This document shows positions 1-7,984 of a stretch of 32,000 nucleotides of DNA, in pieces. The DNA is from Hallerella sp. Its GTDB lineage: Bacteria; Fibrobacterota; Fibrobacteria; Fibrobacterales; Fibrobacteraceae. The stretch's first letter is position 1. Each line of letters begins with the position of its first letter. The notes under the pieces are model-generated. The model was not told the origin of the DNA. It saw only the letters and a program-made list of their open reading frames with translations, and searched no databases. Location of the stretch: the NCBI GenBank assembly GCA_050872465.1, contig JBNMGX010000004.1, positions 2,155 through 34,154 on the forward strand, in the 5' to 3' direction. The position numbers were made by a program, and so were the translations under genes.

Positions 1-70
1 CGCCGTGACGTTTGCCACCGATTCCGCCTGGTGCGCCTTTTGCTTTTCGTTCGCTTTCTTAAGCTGGATT

Positions 71-250
71 TTAGCGCGTTTCAAAGAGGGAAATTTCACA
101 GTGGCGGTTTAGGTCGCTGACCCTGTCGAGTACAATGGAAGCTGCTGTAATGTTCGGGTAAAATTTGCCGAGCGCATCCACTTCTTCTTTTAAATGATCC
201 TGAAGCGTGTCGGAGATTGTACAATGACGGGCAGAAATTTGAACTTCCAT
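71..250 (-). CDS. hpf: ribosome hibernation promoting factor / RaiA-family protein (sigma-54 modulation protein), unusually short
   Basis: ORF 71..316. The internal start MEVQISARHCTISDTLQDHLKEEVDALGKFYPNITAASIVLDRVSDLNRHCEISL matches the N-terminal beta-alpha-beta-beta pattern of HPF/YfiA by eye. GGAAGG lies about 7 nt upstream of the ATG at 250. It sits downstream of rpoN, as in the classical rpoN-hpf arrangement. It ends about 35-40 aa earlier than typical HPFs (see finding). Confidence 0.6.
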   Translation of the reverse strand: MEVQISARHCTISDTLQDHLKEEVDALGKFYPNITAASIVLDRVSDLNRHCEISLFETR

Positions 251-402
251 AACGAACCTTCCAGTTAAAGGGTGAGACAACAGTAAAAGGCTTTCGCCTT
301 CTCCAAAGATATACATCTTTATTTTCCAAAAAAGAACGATTTTTAAAGAAAAATTTTTCTTTTAGACCGTCCCAGTTGGAATATAGGTCCAAACTTTACC
401 GT

Positions 403-942
403 CTAGGCCAGCTGCTGGATTTCCTTTACCGAAAAACCGGAATACTTGGCGACCTTTTCTAGGGGCATTCCATCGGCAAGCATCGCCTTGGCGATTTGGA
501 GCTTTCCTTCCCGAAGCCCCTTGGCAACACCTTTTTTGACACCCTTTTCTATGCCTTCTTCAACGCCTTCCTTAATCCCTTCGGACTTCCACTCGGCCTT
601 ATGGGCATCCACGTATTCCTTTTCGAGAACCTCGTACAGGCTAGGTTCGCCATATACATCGCGATGAGTCACGAAATCCATAAATTCCTCCTTGTCTTCA
701 GGGCGTTTAACCGCTGTTAAATATAGCATCGTTTTTCGGATCAGGGTTGTTCTTTCTTTTTGTGGAATTTCAAAAAAAATCCTGTGAGCGTCTTCGCGCA
801 AATCTTTTAACCCATCTGGCTCGAAGGCGTATTTTTTGTTTTGCATGGCTGCCAGGCGGAGCAAGTCGGCACAGCGTTCGGGCTTGTAGAAGACGGACCG
901 GAAAAAACCGTCATGCGGATGGCAGTTCGTTTTTCTTTCCAT
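403..942 (-). CDS. Rpn (YhgA-like) recombination-promoting nuclease/transposase-family protein, short form apparently lacking most of the PD-(D/E)XK core
   Basis: The N-terminus HPHDGFFRSVFYKPERCADLLRLA resembles the HD..FK..F motif of Rpn/YhgA proteins. The C-terminus (EGIKEGVEEGIEKGVKKGVAKGLREGKLQIAKAMLADGMPLEKVAKYSGFSVKEIQQL) is the typical Rpn repeat tail plus helix. At 179 aa it is far shorter than the roughly 300 aa usual for the family. Confidence 0.55.
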   Translation of the reverse strand: MERKTNCHPHDGFFRSVFYKPERCADLLRLAAMQNKKYAFEPDGLKDLREDAHRIFFEIPQKERTTLIRKTMLYLTAVKRPEDKEEFMDFVTHRDVYGEPSLYEVLEKEYVDAHKAEWKSEGIKEGVEEGIEKGVKKGVAKGLREGKLQIAKAMLADGMPLEKVAKYSGFSVKEIQQLA

Positions 943-1026
943 AGAAATTTCCTTTGATTGAAAATGTTCTATGGGATTAACGCTTCAAAAAGGAAATCGA
1001 AGAAAAACGGCGAATTTAAACCATTC

Positions 1027-2544
1027 CTAGGAGACGGATTTCCGGAGTCTCGCCGGGAGAATCCTGAGTTCCTCGCGATACTTGGCAACCGTTCGACGCG
1101 CCACCTTCATCCCCTGCCGTTCAAGCGATTCGGATATCGCCTGGTCGGATAGCGGGGCCTTGCGGTCTTCGCCGGAAACAAGCTCCTTGATGGCGTCGAG
1201 AATCTTGGCGGATCCGATAGATGTCCCGTCGCCCTGGGCAACGCCCGAACTGAAAAACTGTTTAAGTTCATAGACGCCGTAAGGCGTATCGACATATTTG
1301 CCGTTCGTCGCCCGGTTGACGGTGCTCGGATCGCGGTGGATTTCGTCGGCGATGTCCTGGAGAACCATCGGTTTCAGGTTTTCCGGACCTTTGGCAAAGA
1401 AGTCGTGCTGCTTTTGAAGGATGGCGTTCATCACCAGTTCAATTGTACTGTGGCGGTTATCGACGCTCTTGATGAAAGAATTGGCCGCGTTGAGTTTTTC
1501 ACGGACATATTCCTTGTCTTTTTTGCTCGCGGTAGGACTTTGCAAAAGCTTGCGGTAAGTCTCGTTGATATGCAGATGCGGAATGTGGTCGCGGAACATG
1601 ACGACCTTGAACTCGCCGGGTTCCGTCTCGATAACTTCCATGTCGGGGACAATCGACTGGATGGGCGTATTGTTGATCTGCGCACCGGGATGCGGGGAAA
1701 GACGGGCAAGTTCATGTACGGCCTTCTGGACATCTTCCGTGGAGACGTTCAGAGCCTTGGCGATCGACGCATATCGCAAATCCCGGAGTTCGTCATAGTG
1801 ATTTTCAAGAATCTGAATGGCGAGCGGAGAAAAATCCGGAATCCGGTAAGCCTGGATCAGCAGACATTCACGAAGGTCCCGCGCCCCGATTCCCGGCGGC
1901 GTAAACGATTGGAGAACATGAAACGCTTCCTGGACAGGATACGAGGCTTCTTCGAGAGGCTTCTTTTCTTGCAGAACGTCTTCCACCTCGAGAATGTCGG
2001 GATTTTGTTCCGAGAGGCTTGTTTCCTGGGCGGCAAGGTTTTTGTCCGCAGGCGCGAGAAATCCGTCGTCCCCGACGCAATCGATGAGATATTCGACGAT
2101 TTTAACGATTCGAGGCGGTCGCTTCCAGTCGCGAAGCTGGTTTTTCAAAATATCCTGCATACTGAGGCCGCGCGTCGGCTCGGAGCGAAGTTCGTCATCC
2201 GGGTCTCGTCCACCAAGGTCCTTATAAGGAGCTTCCGCATTCCGAAACCCGTCTTCCATGTACTTTTCCCAATCGATCGAATTTTCCGCGCCGGGTTCCA
2301 TCAGGTCGTGGCTGTTGTCGTCTCCGTCGCGCCCGGAGCTTTCCTTTGCCGGAGCGTCGAGGGATTCCAGGCGGCTGTCGGGAGTCTCGTCCGCTTCGAG
2401 GAGAGGGTTTTCGGCAAGTTCTTCCGAAATAGCCGTTTCGAGTTCAAGCGAGTTCATTTGGAGCATCTTGACGGACTGCAACATCTGCGGCGAAAGGTTT
2501 TGTTCTAGCCGCACGCCTTGCTTGAGCTGTATTCCTAAATCCAT
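1027..2544 (-). CDS. rpoN: RNA polymerase sigma-54 factor
   Basis: 505 aa. It has a Gln/Leu-rich N-terminal region I (LSPQMLQSVKMLQMNSLEL), an acidic region II and a C-terminal RpoN box (ARRTVAKYREELRILPARLRK). It follows lptB, as in the conserved lptB-rpoN operon. Confidence 0.95.
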   Translation of the reverse strand: MDLGIQLKQGVRLEQNLSPQMLQSVKMLQMNSLELETAISEELAENPLLEADETPDSRLESLDAPAKESSGRDGDDNSHDLMEPGAENSIDWEKYMEDGFRNAEAPYKDLGGRDPDDELRSEPTRGLSMQDILKNQLRDWKRPPRIVKIVEYLIDCVGDDGFLAPADKNLAAQETSLSEQNPDILEVEDVLQEKKPLEEASYPVQEAFHVLQSFTPPGIGARDLRECLLIQAYRIPDFSPLAIQILENHYDELRDLRYASIAKALNVSTEDVQKAVHELARLSPHPGAQINNTPIQSIVPDMEVIETEPGEFKVVMFRDHIPHLHINETYRKLLQSPTASKKDKEYVREKLNAANSFIKSVDNRHSTIELVMNAILQKQHDFFAKGPENLKPMVLQDIADEIHRDPSTVNRATNGKYVDTPYGVYELKQFFSSGVAQGDGTSIGSAKILDAIKELVSGEDRKAPLSDQAISESLERQGMKVARRTVAKYREELRILPARLRKSVS

Positions 2545-2553
2545 AAATCCTCC

Positions 2554-3291
2554 TTAATCCAACCGGAACGATTCCCCGAGATAGATGCGCTTCGCTTCTT
2601 CGTTGCTTGCCAGATAATCCGACGAACCTTCGGTGAGAACCTGGCTTTTATACATGATGTAGGCGCGATTTGTAATCGAAAGCGTTTCACGAACATTGTG
2701 GTCCGTAATCAGAACGCCCATTCCCTTGTCGCGCAAGGAAGAAATGACCGACTGGATATCCGCAACGGCAATCGGGTCGATTCCCGCAAACGGCTCGTCG
2801 AGCAAAAGAAAGTCCGGGCTTGCGGCAAGCGCACGTGCGATTTCGAGTCGGCGGCGTTCCCCGCCCGAACAGCTCATCGCCTTTGTCTTTCGGATGTGCG
2901 TAATCTTAAACTCTTCGAGAAGTTCTTCGAGACGTTCCTTGCGCTCCGCGCGTTTCAGTCCCTGCGTTTCGAGAATCGCCATGATGTTGTCCTGGACGCT
3001 CATTTTTCGAAAGATGGAAGCCTCTTGCGGCAGGTATCCCACACCGAGGCGCGCTCTGCGAAACATCGGCTTTTCGGTCATCTCGATATCGTCCAAAAAG
3101 ATGTGCCCGGAATCGGGGCGGACCATGCCGACGATCATGTAGAACGTGGTCGTCTTTCCCGCGCCGTTCGGGCCGAGAAGTCCAACGACTTCGCCCTGCG
3201 AGACGCTGATGGACGCTTCGTTTACCACCTTGCGACCGTTGTAGATTTTGGAAATCTTTTCGGTGCGAATCGTGCGGATCAGGTTTTTCAT
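2554..3291 (-). CDS. lptB: LPS export ABC transporter ATP-binding protein
   Basis: 245 aa with Walker A GPNGAGKTT, ABC signature CSGGERRRLEIARAL and Walker B FLLLDEPFAGIDP. It lies between an OstA/LptA-like gene and rpoN. Its start overlaps the upstream stop as ATGA (3288-3291). Confidence 0.9.
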   Translation of the reverse strand: MKNLIRTIRTEKISKIYNGRKVVNEASISVSQGEVVGLLGPNGAGKTTTFYMIVGMVRPDSGHIFLDDIEMTEKPMFRRARLGVGYLPQEASIFRKMSVQDNIMAILETQGLKRAERKERLEELLEEFKITHIRKTKAMSCSGGERRRLEIARALAASPDFLLLDEPFAGIDPIAVADIQSVISSLRDKGMGVLITDHNVRETLSITNRAYIMYKSQVLTEGSSDYLASNEEAKRIYLGESFRLD

Positions 3292-4535
3292 TTTTTCCCC
3301 CGCTTTTTTGTCGGAACCTTTGCTCCGCCTTTCTTGGACTTGAGCCGTTCCGACGAAATCACTTTGGACGAATCGATAAGGGATTCGGAAACTTTCGGCA
3401 AGATGTTCTGCTTGGACAGATCGATGTAGCGTCCGCTAGCGAGCGTTTTCGTTCCTGCGAGTTTGAGATGCAACACTTTTCCTTCGTCAAATACGATTCG
3501 AATCGTGTCTCCCGCGGCTTCGTTCTTGCCTTCGATGACGCGCTGCTTTTCGCCGACATGGAAATACGTACTTTGCGCATCTCCCGAAATCAGGGCTCCT
3601 TGCAACTTCCCGTTTCGAAAGGAAAGGTCGAGCCTTCCGCCGTCCATACTGTTTTTGTAATCGGCGAAATCCGCTTCGTAAAAGGTTCCATGCGCATTGA
3701 GATTCACGTAAAGGCTTTGAATCTTGTCGCCTGCAAATTCCGCGAAGAGCGTGTCACCGACCGCTTCGGTGTATTGGTCGGGTTTTCCACGCTTTCCCTT
3801 TTCGTGCTGCTTTCCGTGGGCGTTCCGAATGACCAGCGCGCTTCTGAGCGTCCGTTTGTCCGCATCGATCGTCAGGTAGATGGAGTCGCCGGTAAGCTCG
3901 TAGCCGTCCATGGTGAATTTGGGATTTCCCTTGAGCGAAACCCAGCCGTGCTTCTTGTCTAGATATCCCGAATCGCAGGTCACGACCATCCCGCCCTGGG
4001 TGATGATGACGTTTTTGAAGGCCTTGGCGAATTCCGCGTTTTGATCAAACGTGATGAATTCCGCCCGAACGGATGTCGTGTCGATTTTCCCGTCTTTCTG
4101 GACTTGATACTGGTGCAGGAGAGGCTTTCGGGTAAGCGTCAAAACCTTTTCCTTCTTGTTGTAAACCAGATGGTTCCCGAAGAATGCGTATGATCCAGCG
4201 GAATCCTTCGCCTCGACCGAGCCTTTCGCCGTCGCAATTTCCGTCTTGCGCTGGTAACTGCCGCTCTTCGCCTTGATGTAGCCGTCGGGATGCGTAAAGA
4301 GAAAGTTTCCTTCGCAATCGACCTGGTCCGAATTTTTGTTCCACGTCGCGCGGCCCGTGCGAAACTCGATGGAATCATGCGTGAAGCGGACCCGTCCGTT
4401 TAAAAGAAGAAAGCCCGCCTTGCGCATCGCAGCGAGACTGTCGGCGTGCCGCATTACGAGCGGTGACGTCTGCGCAGCGACCTGCGAAAAGATCCCGCAC
4501 AGAAAAATCCAGAGAATCGCCGCCCGAAACTTCAC
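3288..4535 (-). CDS. OstA/LptA-family periplasmic protein (long, about 415 aa, basic C-terminal tail)
   Basis: The ORF is open to 4778, but the first roughly 80 codons are Arg/Gly-rich shadow overlapping the upstream gene. A GTG at 4535 precedes the signal-like segment VKFRAAILWIFLCGIFSQVAAQ and overlaps the upstream stop as GTGA. OstA-like beta-jellyroll repeats are visible (LLNGRVRFTHDSIEFRTGRATWNKNSDQVDCEGNFLF..., KAKSGSY...). The position between the lptC-like gene and lptB supports the call. Confidence 0.65.
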   Translation of the reverse strand: MKFRAAILWIFLCGIFSQVAAQTSPLVMRHADSLAAMRKAGFLLLNGRVRFTHDSIEFRTGRATWNKNSDQVDCEGNFLFTHPDGYIKAKSGSYQRKTEIATAKGSVEAKDSAGSYAFFGNHLVYNKKEKVLTLTRKPLLHQYQVQKDGKIDTTSVRAEFITFDQNAEFAKAFKNVIITQGGMVVTCDSGYLDKKHGWVSLKGNPKFTMDGYELTGDSIYLTIDADKRTLRSALVIRNAHGKQHEKGKRGKPDQYTEAVGDTLFAEFAGDKIQSLYVNLNAHGTFYEADFADYKNSMDGGRLDLSFRNGKLQGALISGDAQSTYFHVGEKQRVIEGKNEAAGDTIRIVFDEGKVLHLKLAGTKTLASGRYIDLSKQNILPKVSESLIDSSKVISSERLKSKKGGAKVPTKKRGKK

Positions 4536-5194
4536 CTGGAACCTCCGGTCGGCGGCAAGTGCGGCACGGGACCTTCTAAATGCTCCGCGTTCTGCTTCTC
4601 GTCTTCTTCCTTGAGGCGCTTGGCGGCATCCTGGAAAATTCCCGTCACGTCCGAAAGGATATGCCAGTTTTCCATCTTGGTATCGCTTTCGAAACCTTTT
4701 CCCTGCAACACGTCGCCATCCTCGCTCACCACACGCACATAGCTTTCCGTCTTGACCAGGTTGTCCTTCTTGTGCCACAGAAGGGAATCCGCCCGGACCG
4801 AAGCGCCTTTGGGCGTAATCGCATAGACATGTCCGTAGGCATAGACGTAGTTCATCCGGCTGTCGAGCGTTCCCGAATCCGCGCGCAAAAAGGCAGAGCG
4901 TTCCCCGAGCGAATCGAAAATATCGACGAGGATCGGCTTCGCGAAGATTTTTTCCGTCCCGCCCCAGCGTTCGAGATACGCCGTCTTCACCTTCCAGGAA
5001 AGCCTTTCCTTTTCGTAAAAATCGAGGAGCGTCGTGTCCGTAAAGAGCATCATCGGGCGCTCGACCGCTTCGCTTTCAAACGGCAAATCCTCTTCGGGAT
5101 CCTCGCAGGCCGAAAGCAAAAGAAACGCCAAAACGCCGACGCAGGAAAGCGTCCGCAGAAACAAATTGGCGCGGCCTAGCAAAAAATGTGCCAT
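4532..5194 (-). CDS. lptC: LptC-like LPS export protein with lipoprotein-type signal peptide
   Basis: 220 aa. The N-terminal hydrophobic segment ends in LLSAC (lipobox-like). The body (YAITPKGASVRADSLLWHKKDNLVKTESYVRVVSEDGDVLQGKGFESD) resembles the LptC fold pattern. It is the first gene of the lptC-lptA-lptB-rpoN string. Confidence 0.55.
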   Translation of the reverse strand: MAHFLLGRANLFLRTLSCVGVLAFLLLSACEDPEEDLPFESEAVERPMMLFTDTTLLDFYEKERLSWKVKTAYLERWGGTEKIFAKPILVDIFDSLGERSAFLRADSGTLDSRMNYVYAYGHVYAITPKGASVRADSLLWHKKDNLVKTESYVRVVSEDGDVLQGKGFESDTKMENWHILSDVTGIFQDAAKRLKEEDEKQNAEHLEGPVPHLPPTGGSR

Positions 5195-5573
5195 CTGAAA
5201 TTAAAAATACAATAATTGGAAACTTCGAGGCAAAAATTTCGACGAGACCGGAAAGCGATTCGGACTTTTTGAAGAATCTTCGCAAAAGCCTTGACGAAGC
5301 GTTTTTTTACACTTAACAAAGCGAAGGCTATCGCGTAATCGGCACGGGCGAAAATGACGCCGTAGTCGATTGCGACTATGATAGCTGTTTTTTTTCATTG
5401 TTCATTGGGCAAGCCAGCCAGTCACGGCGATGCGGTTTGTACTGGAACCCGATAGCGGAGAAATGCGAACTGTTCCAAGGCCGAACCGAAACCGTCGAAG
5501 AAATCTGCGCGTCAGCCGACGAAAGTTCTCGCCCATCGGATTAAGAGCGAAAATCGGTCTTTAGATTTCTACA

Positions 5574-6698
5574 TTGTTCCCAATGATTATTGGGCTTGTT
5601 ATCGATACTTACGATGCGCTGAACAACGGCACGACAGCCTCGGCGCGGCGTTTTGTAGAAAATCTCCGGGCGGAAGGCCACACGGTCCGGGTGCTCACTG
5701 CGGGCGTTCCCGGCAAGGACAAATTCATCCTTCCGAAGTGGAACATTCCGATAGTTTCGCACTTTGCCGACCCGCAGGGAATCACGTTTGCCAAAATCGA
5801 CGAGAAAATCATCCGGGAATTTTTGACAGGTCTTGATGTCGTCCATTTCTATTTGCCGTTTCCGCTGGCAAGAGCCGTCGAAAAGATGGCTCGCGAAATG
5901 AACATTCCATGCCTCGCCGCTTTTCACGTCCAGGCGGAAAACATCACCTACAACATCGGGCTCGGAAAAGTCGCGCTCGCCGCAAAATTCTTTTACAAAT
6001 TTCTCTACCGTTATTTCTACAAGCGTTTCCGCGACATCCACTGCCCTACGGAATTCATCGCAAGCGAACTGCGGGCAAACGGCTACAAGGCAAACCTGCA
6101 TGTCATCAGCAACGGTGTCGATGCGGCATTTACGCCGGGTGAACCGATTCCCCATGAAAACATCCGCGTGCTGATGATTGGCAGGCTCTCGCCCGAAAAA
6201 CGTCAGGACCTGATTATCGAAGCGGCCAAGAAATCCAGGCATGCGGACAAGATTCAGCTCGTATTTGCGGGACAGGGACCGCTTCTCGAAAAATACAAGC
6301 GGCTTTCCAAGGGGCTTCCACGCGAGCCGGTTTTCGGATTCTACTCGACCGAGGAACTTTTAAAAATCATCCGAAGCACGGACATCTACGTCCACGCATC
6401 CGATGCGGAAATCGAAGCCATCGCCTGTATGGAAGCCTTCGCCTGCGGGCTTGTTCCGATCATCGCTGATTCGCCGAAAAGCGCGACGGTTCACTTCGCA
6501 CTCGACGAACGTTCCCTCTTCAAACCGGGAGATTCCGACGATCTTGCCGAAAAAATCGACTACTGGGTTGAACATCCCAAAGAAAAGTCCGAAATGAGCA
6601 AGCGGTATATCGAAGAGGGAAATCGTTACCGCGTCAAGGAATCCGTTCGCAAGATGGAAGAGGTTTACAGGAACTTGAAGCCGGGGCGTCCATCGTGA
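5574..6698 (+). CDS. GT4-family (GT-B fold) glycosyltransferase
   Basis: 374 aa. The N-terminus (IGLVIDTYDALNNGTTASARRFVENLRAEGHTVRVLT) and the E-x7-E motif (EIEAIACME) are typical of retaining GT4 enzymes. An alternative start lies at 5583. Confidence 0.8.
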   Translation: MFPMIIGLVIDTYDALNNGTTASARRFVENLRAEGHTVRVLTAGVPGKDKFILPKWNIPIVSHFADPQGITFAKIDEKIIREFLTGLDVVHFYLPFPLARAVEKMAREMNIPCLAAFHVQAENITYNIGLGKVALAAKFFYKFLYRYFYKRFRDIHCPTEFIASELRANGYKANLHVISNGVDAAFTPGEPIPHENIRVLMIGRLSPEKRQDLIIEAAKKSRHADKIQLVFAGQGPLLEKYKRLSKGLPREPVFGFYSTEELLKIIRSTDIYVHASDAEIEAIACMEAFACGLVPIIADSPKSATVHFALDERSLFKPGDSDDLAEKIDYWVEHPKEKSEMSKRYIEEGNRYRVKESVRKMEEVYRNLKPGRPS

Positions 6699-7762
6699 AA
6701 AATTTTCCGTACAAAGTAATTTTCCGTTCGCTCTTTGCGTTTTTTTTGCTCACCGCGACATGTCTCGCTGAAAGTCCAATCCAAAAAATCCACATCCGCG
6801 GGCAAGTCGGAAAGGCGAAAATCGATACTGCGCAGAAGACAATTTTTGTCACGGTAAACTATTACGGGAAAAACGGAACCTATCCGCTTTCGCAAGCGGT
6901 CGTGGAAAAATTTTCACTCCGGGATTCCCTGGAAAGTACTCTACGCGACACGCTGGATCTGCGCAACTGGACATCGTTTAACATCGGAAACGAAACCTGG
7001 AGAATCAAAGGCGGCTACCAGCTCCCCGGCAGTTCTTTCTCGGATTGGCACAGCGAAGAAGTCCCGGGATTCATCACGTTCGGGCATGTCACCTGCGATG
7101 AAATGGTCGGGAAGACAGCCGACCATCATATCTGGGACAATGGCAACCCGGCATTTTCCGCTTCGGGTAGCAAAAAATGGCCCACGAAAAAAGTGAAGCT
7201 CGCGGACAGTAGCTACGCGGCAGTGCTTACGACAAGAAAAGTCGTCGGGGTCATCGCGAGCGGAAACCTTTTTACCGGAAGAATCGTCCGCGATATGAGC
7301 CTCAAGCAGCTCCTAGGATTCACCGACAAGGACGGCAAGGCTCTGATCCGCTGGGGAGTTCCGTTCGAAGCGCGTCCCAAGGCGTTTCGCGTCAAGTTCA
7401 AATATGATGGACTCGGCGATTCTTGCACCGTCATGGCGACGCTTGAAAACCGGAAAAAAGGAAAGCGGCGCTTTGTCGGCGTCGCCTGGTACAGTTCGAC
7501 AACCGATTACGATACGTCCAAGGAAGGCGTTGTCTTCATTTCGAAGCCCGACAAAAACGGTCTCCGCACGCTCGAAACAAAATTCATCTATGGGCGTTCC
7601 CATGCAAACGCCGACCCGATGCCGGAAGGCGCTGTCCAGGGTGACGCGGACGAACCGATAACCCATGTAAACGTCGTCTTCGCAAGCAGCCGAAAAGGCG
7701 ACTATTTCAAGGGAAAGGAAAACGCGACATTAATCGTCAAGGATTTTCAGTTCGTGTATTAG
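6695..7762 (+). CDS. secreted PCMD-like (putative carbohydrate metabolism domain) protein
   Basis: 355 aa with an N-terminal signal-like segment (FRSLFAFFLLTATCLAES). The core LPGSSFSDWH...IWDNGNPAFSASGSKKWPT...GNLFTGRI...RWGVPFEARPKAFRVKFKY resembles PCMD-domain proteins of Bacteroidota/Fibrobacterota by eye. Its GTG start overlaps the GT4 stop (GTGA at 6695-6698). Confidence 0.5.
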   Translation: MKNFPYKVIFRSLFAFFLLTATCLAESPIQKIHIRGQVGKAKIDTAQKTIFVTVNYYGKNGTYPLSQAVVEKFSLRDSLESTLRDTLDLRNWTSFNIGNETWRIKGGYQLPGSSFSDWHSEEVPGFITFGHVTCDEMVGKTADHHIWDNGNPAFSASGSKKWPTKKVKLADSSYAAVLTTRKVVGVIASGNLFTGRIVRDMSLKQLLGFTDKDGKALIRWGVPFEARPKAFRVKFKYDGLGDSCTVMATLENRKKGKRRFVGVAWYSSTTDYDTSKEGVVFISKPDKNGLRTLETKFIYGRSHANADPMPEGAVQGDADEPITHVNVVFASSRKGDYFKGKENATLIVKDFQFVY

Positions 7763-7950
7763 ACAGGAGAAGTTGAAACCGCGGACGTCTAAGCTTTTAG
7801 GGAGTGGTCGGCGGAGCGAACTGCTTTTTCCCCCACGCCCCTCTTGCCGCATTCCAAAAACTTAGACATCCTCAGCTCTAAGTTCTCCCGACTAAGCTTT
7901 GATTTCTATATTTACCTCGTTAGAATTTTGCGATGTCGCAGAATTTTTCC

Positions 7951-7984
7951 GGAAGTCCTTGTCTAACCTTCCTTAAAAAACAAA
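7951..7984 (+). promoter_or_regulatory. preQ1-I (class I) riboswitch-like aptamer
   Basis: GGAAGUCCUUGUCUAACCUUCCUUAAAAAACAAA aligns position for position with the 34-nt B. subtilis queC aptamer AGAGGUUCUAGCUACACCCUCUAUAAAAAACUAA. A 5-bp P1 (GGAAG/CUUCC) shows compensatory changes. U6 and the ligand-pairing C17 are conserved. The A6C tail is present. A P2 is possible (G11-C31, U10-A32, U9-A33). It ends directly at the ATG of a YhhQ-type transporter, a known preQ1 riboswitch target. Confidence 0.7.

Noticed and set aside
1336-2508. 390-aa plus-strand ORF
   Set aside because: It lies entirely antisense to the unmistakable rpoN gene. It has an Arg/Val/Phe-rich shadow-frame composition and no recognisable motifs.
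3288-4778. Full 496-aa reading of the LptA-like ORF
   Set aside because: The first roughly 80 codons overlap the lptC-like gene and are Arg/Gly-rich with no signal peptide. A GTG at 4535 gives a proper signal sequence and a GTGA junction, so the shorter model is preferred.
5201-5398. 65-aa minus-strand ORF in the lptC/GT4 divergent intergenic region
   Set aside because: It is highly basic and low-complexity (Arg/Lys/Ser-rich). It has no RBS or motifs and is probably non-coding promoter DNA.
2698-6242. Other long antisense ORFs (2698..3429 +, 4580..5179 +, 5541..6242 -, and similarly 19102..19692 +, 14363..14860 +)
   Set aside because: Each is fully contained within, and opposite to, a gene with strong family motifs (lptB, lptC-like, GT4, mcrC, helicase). 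None has motifs or plausible RBS context.
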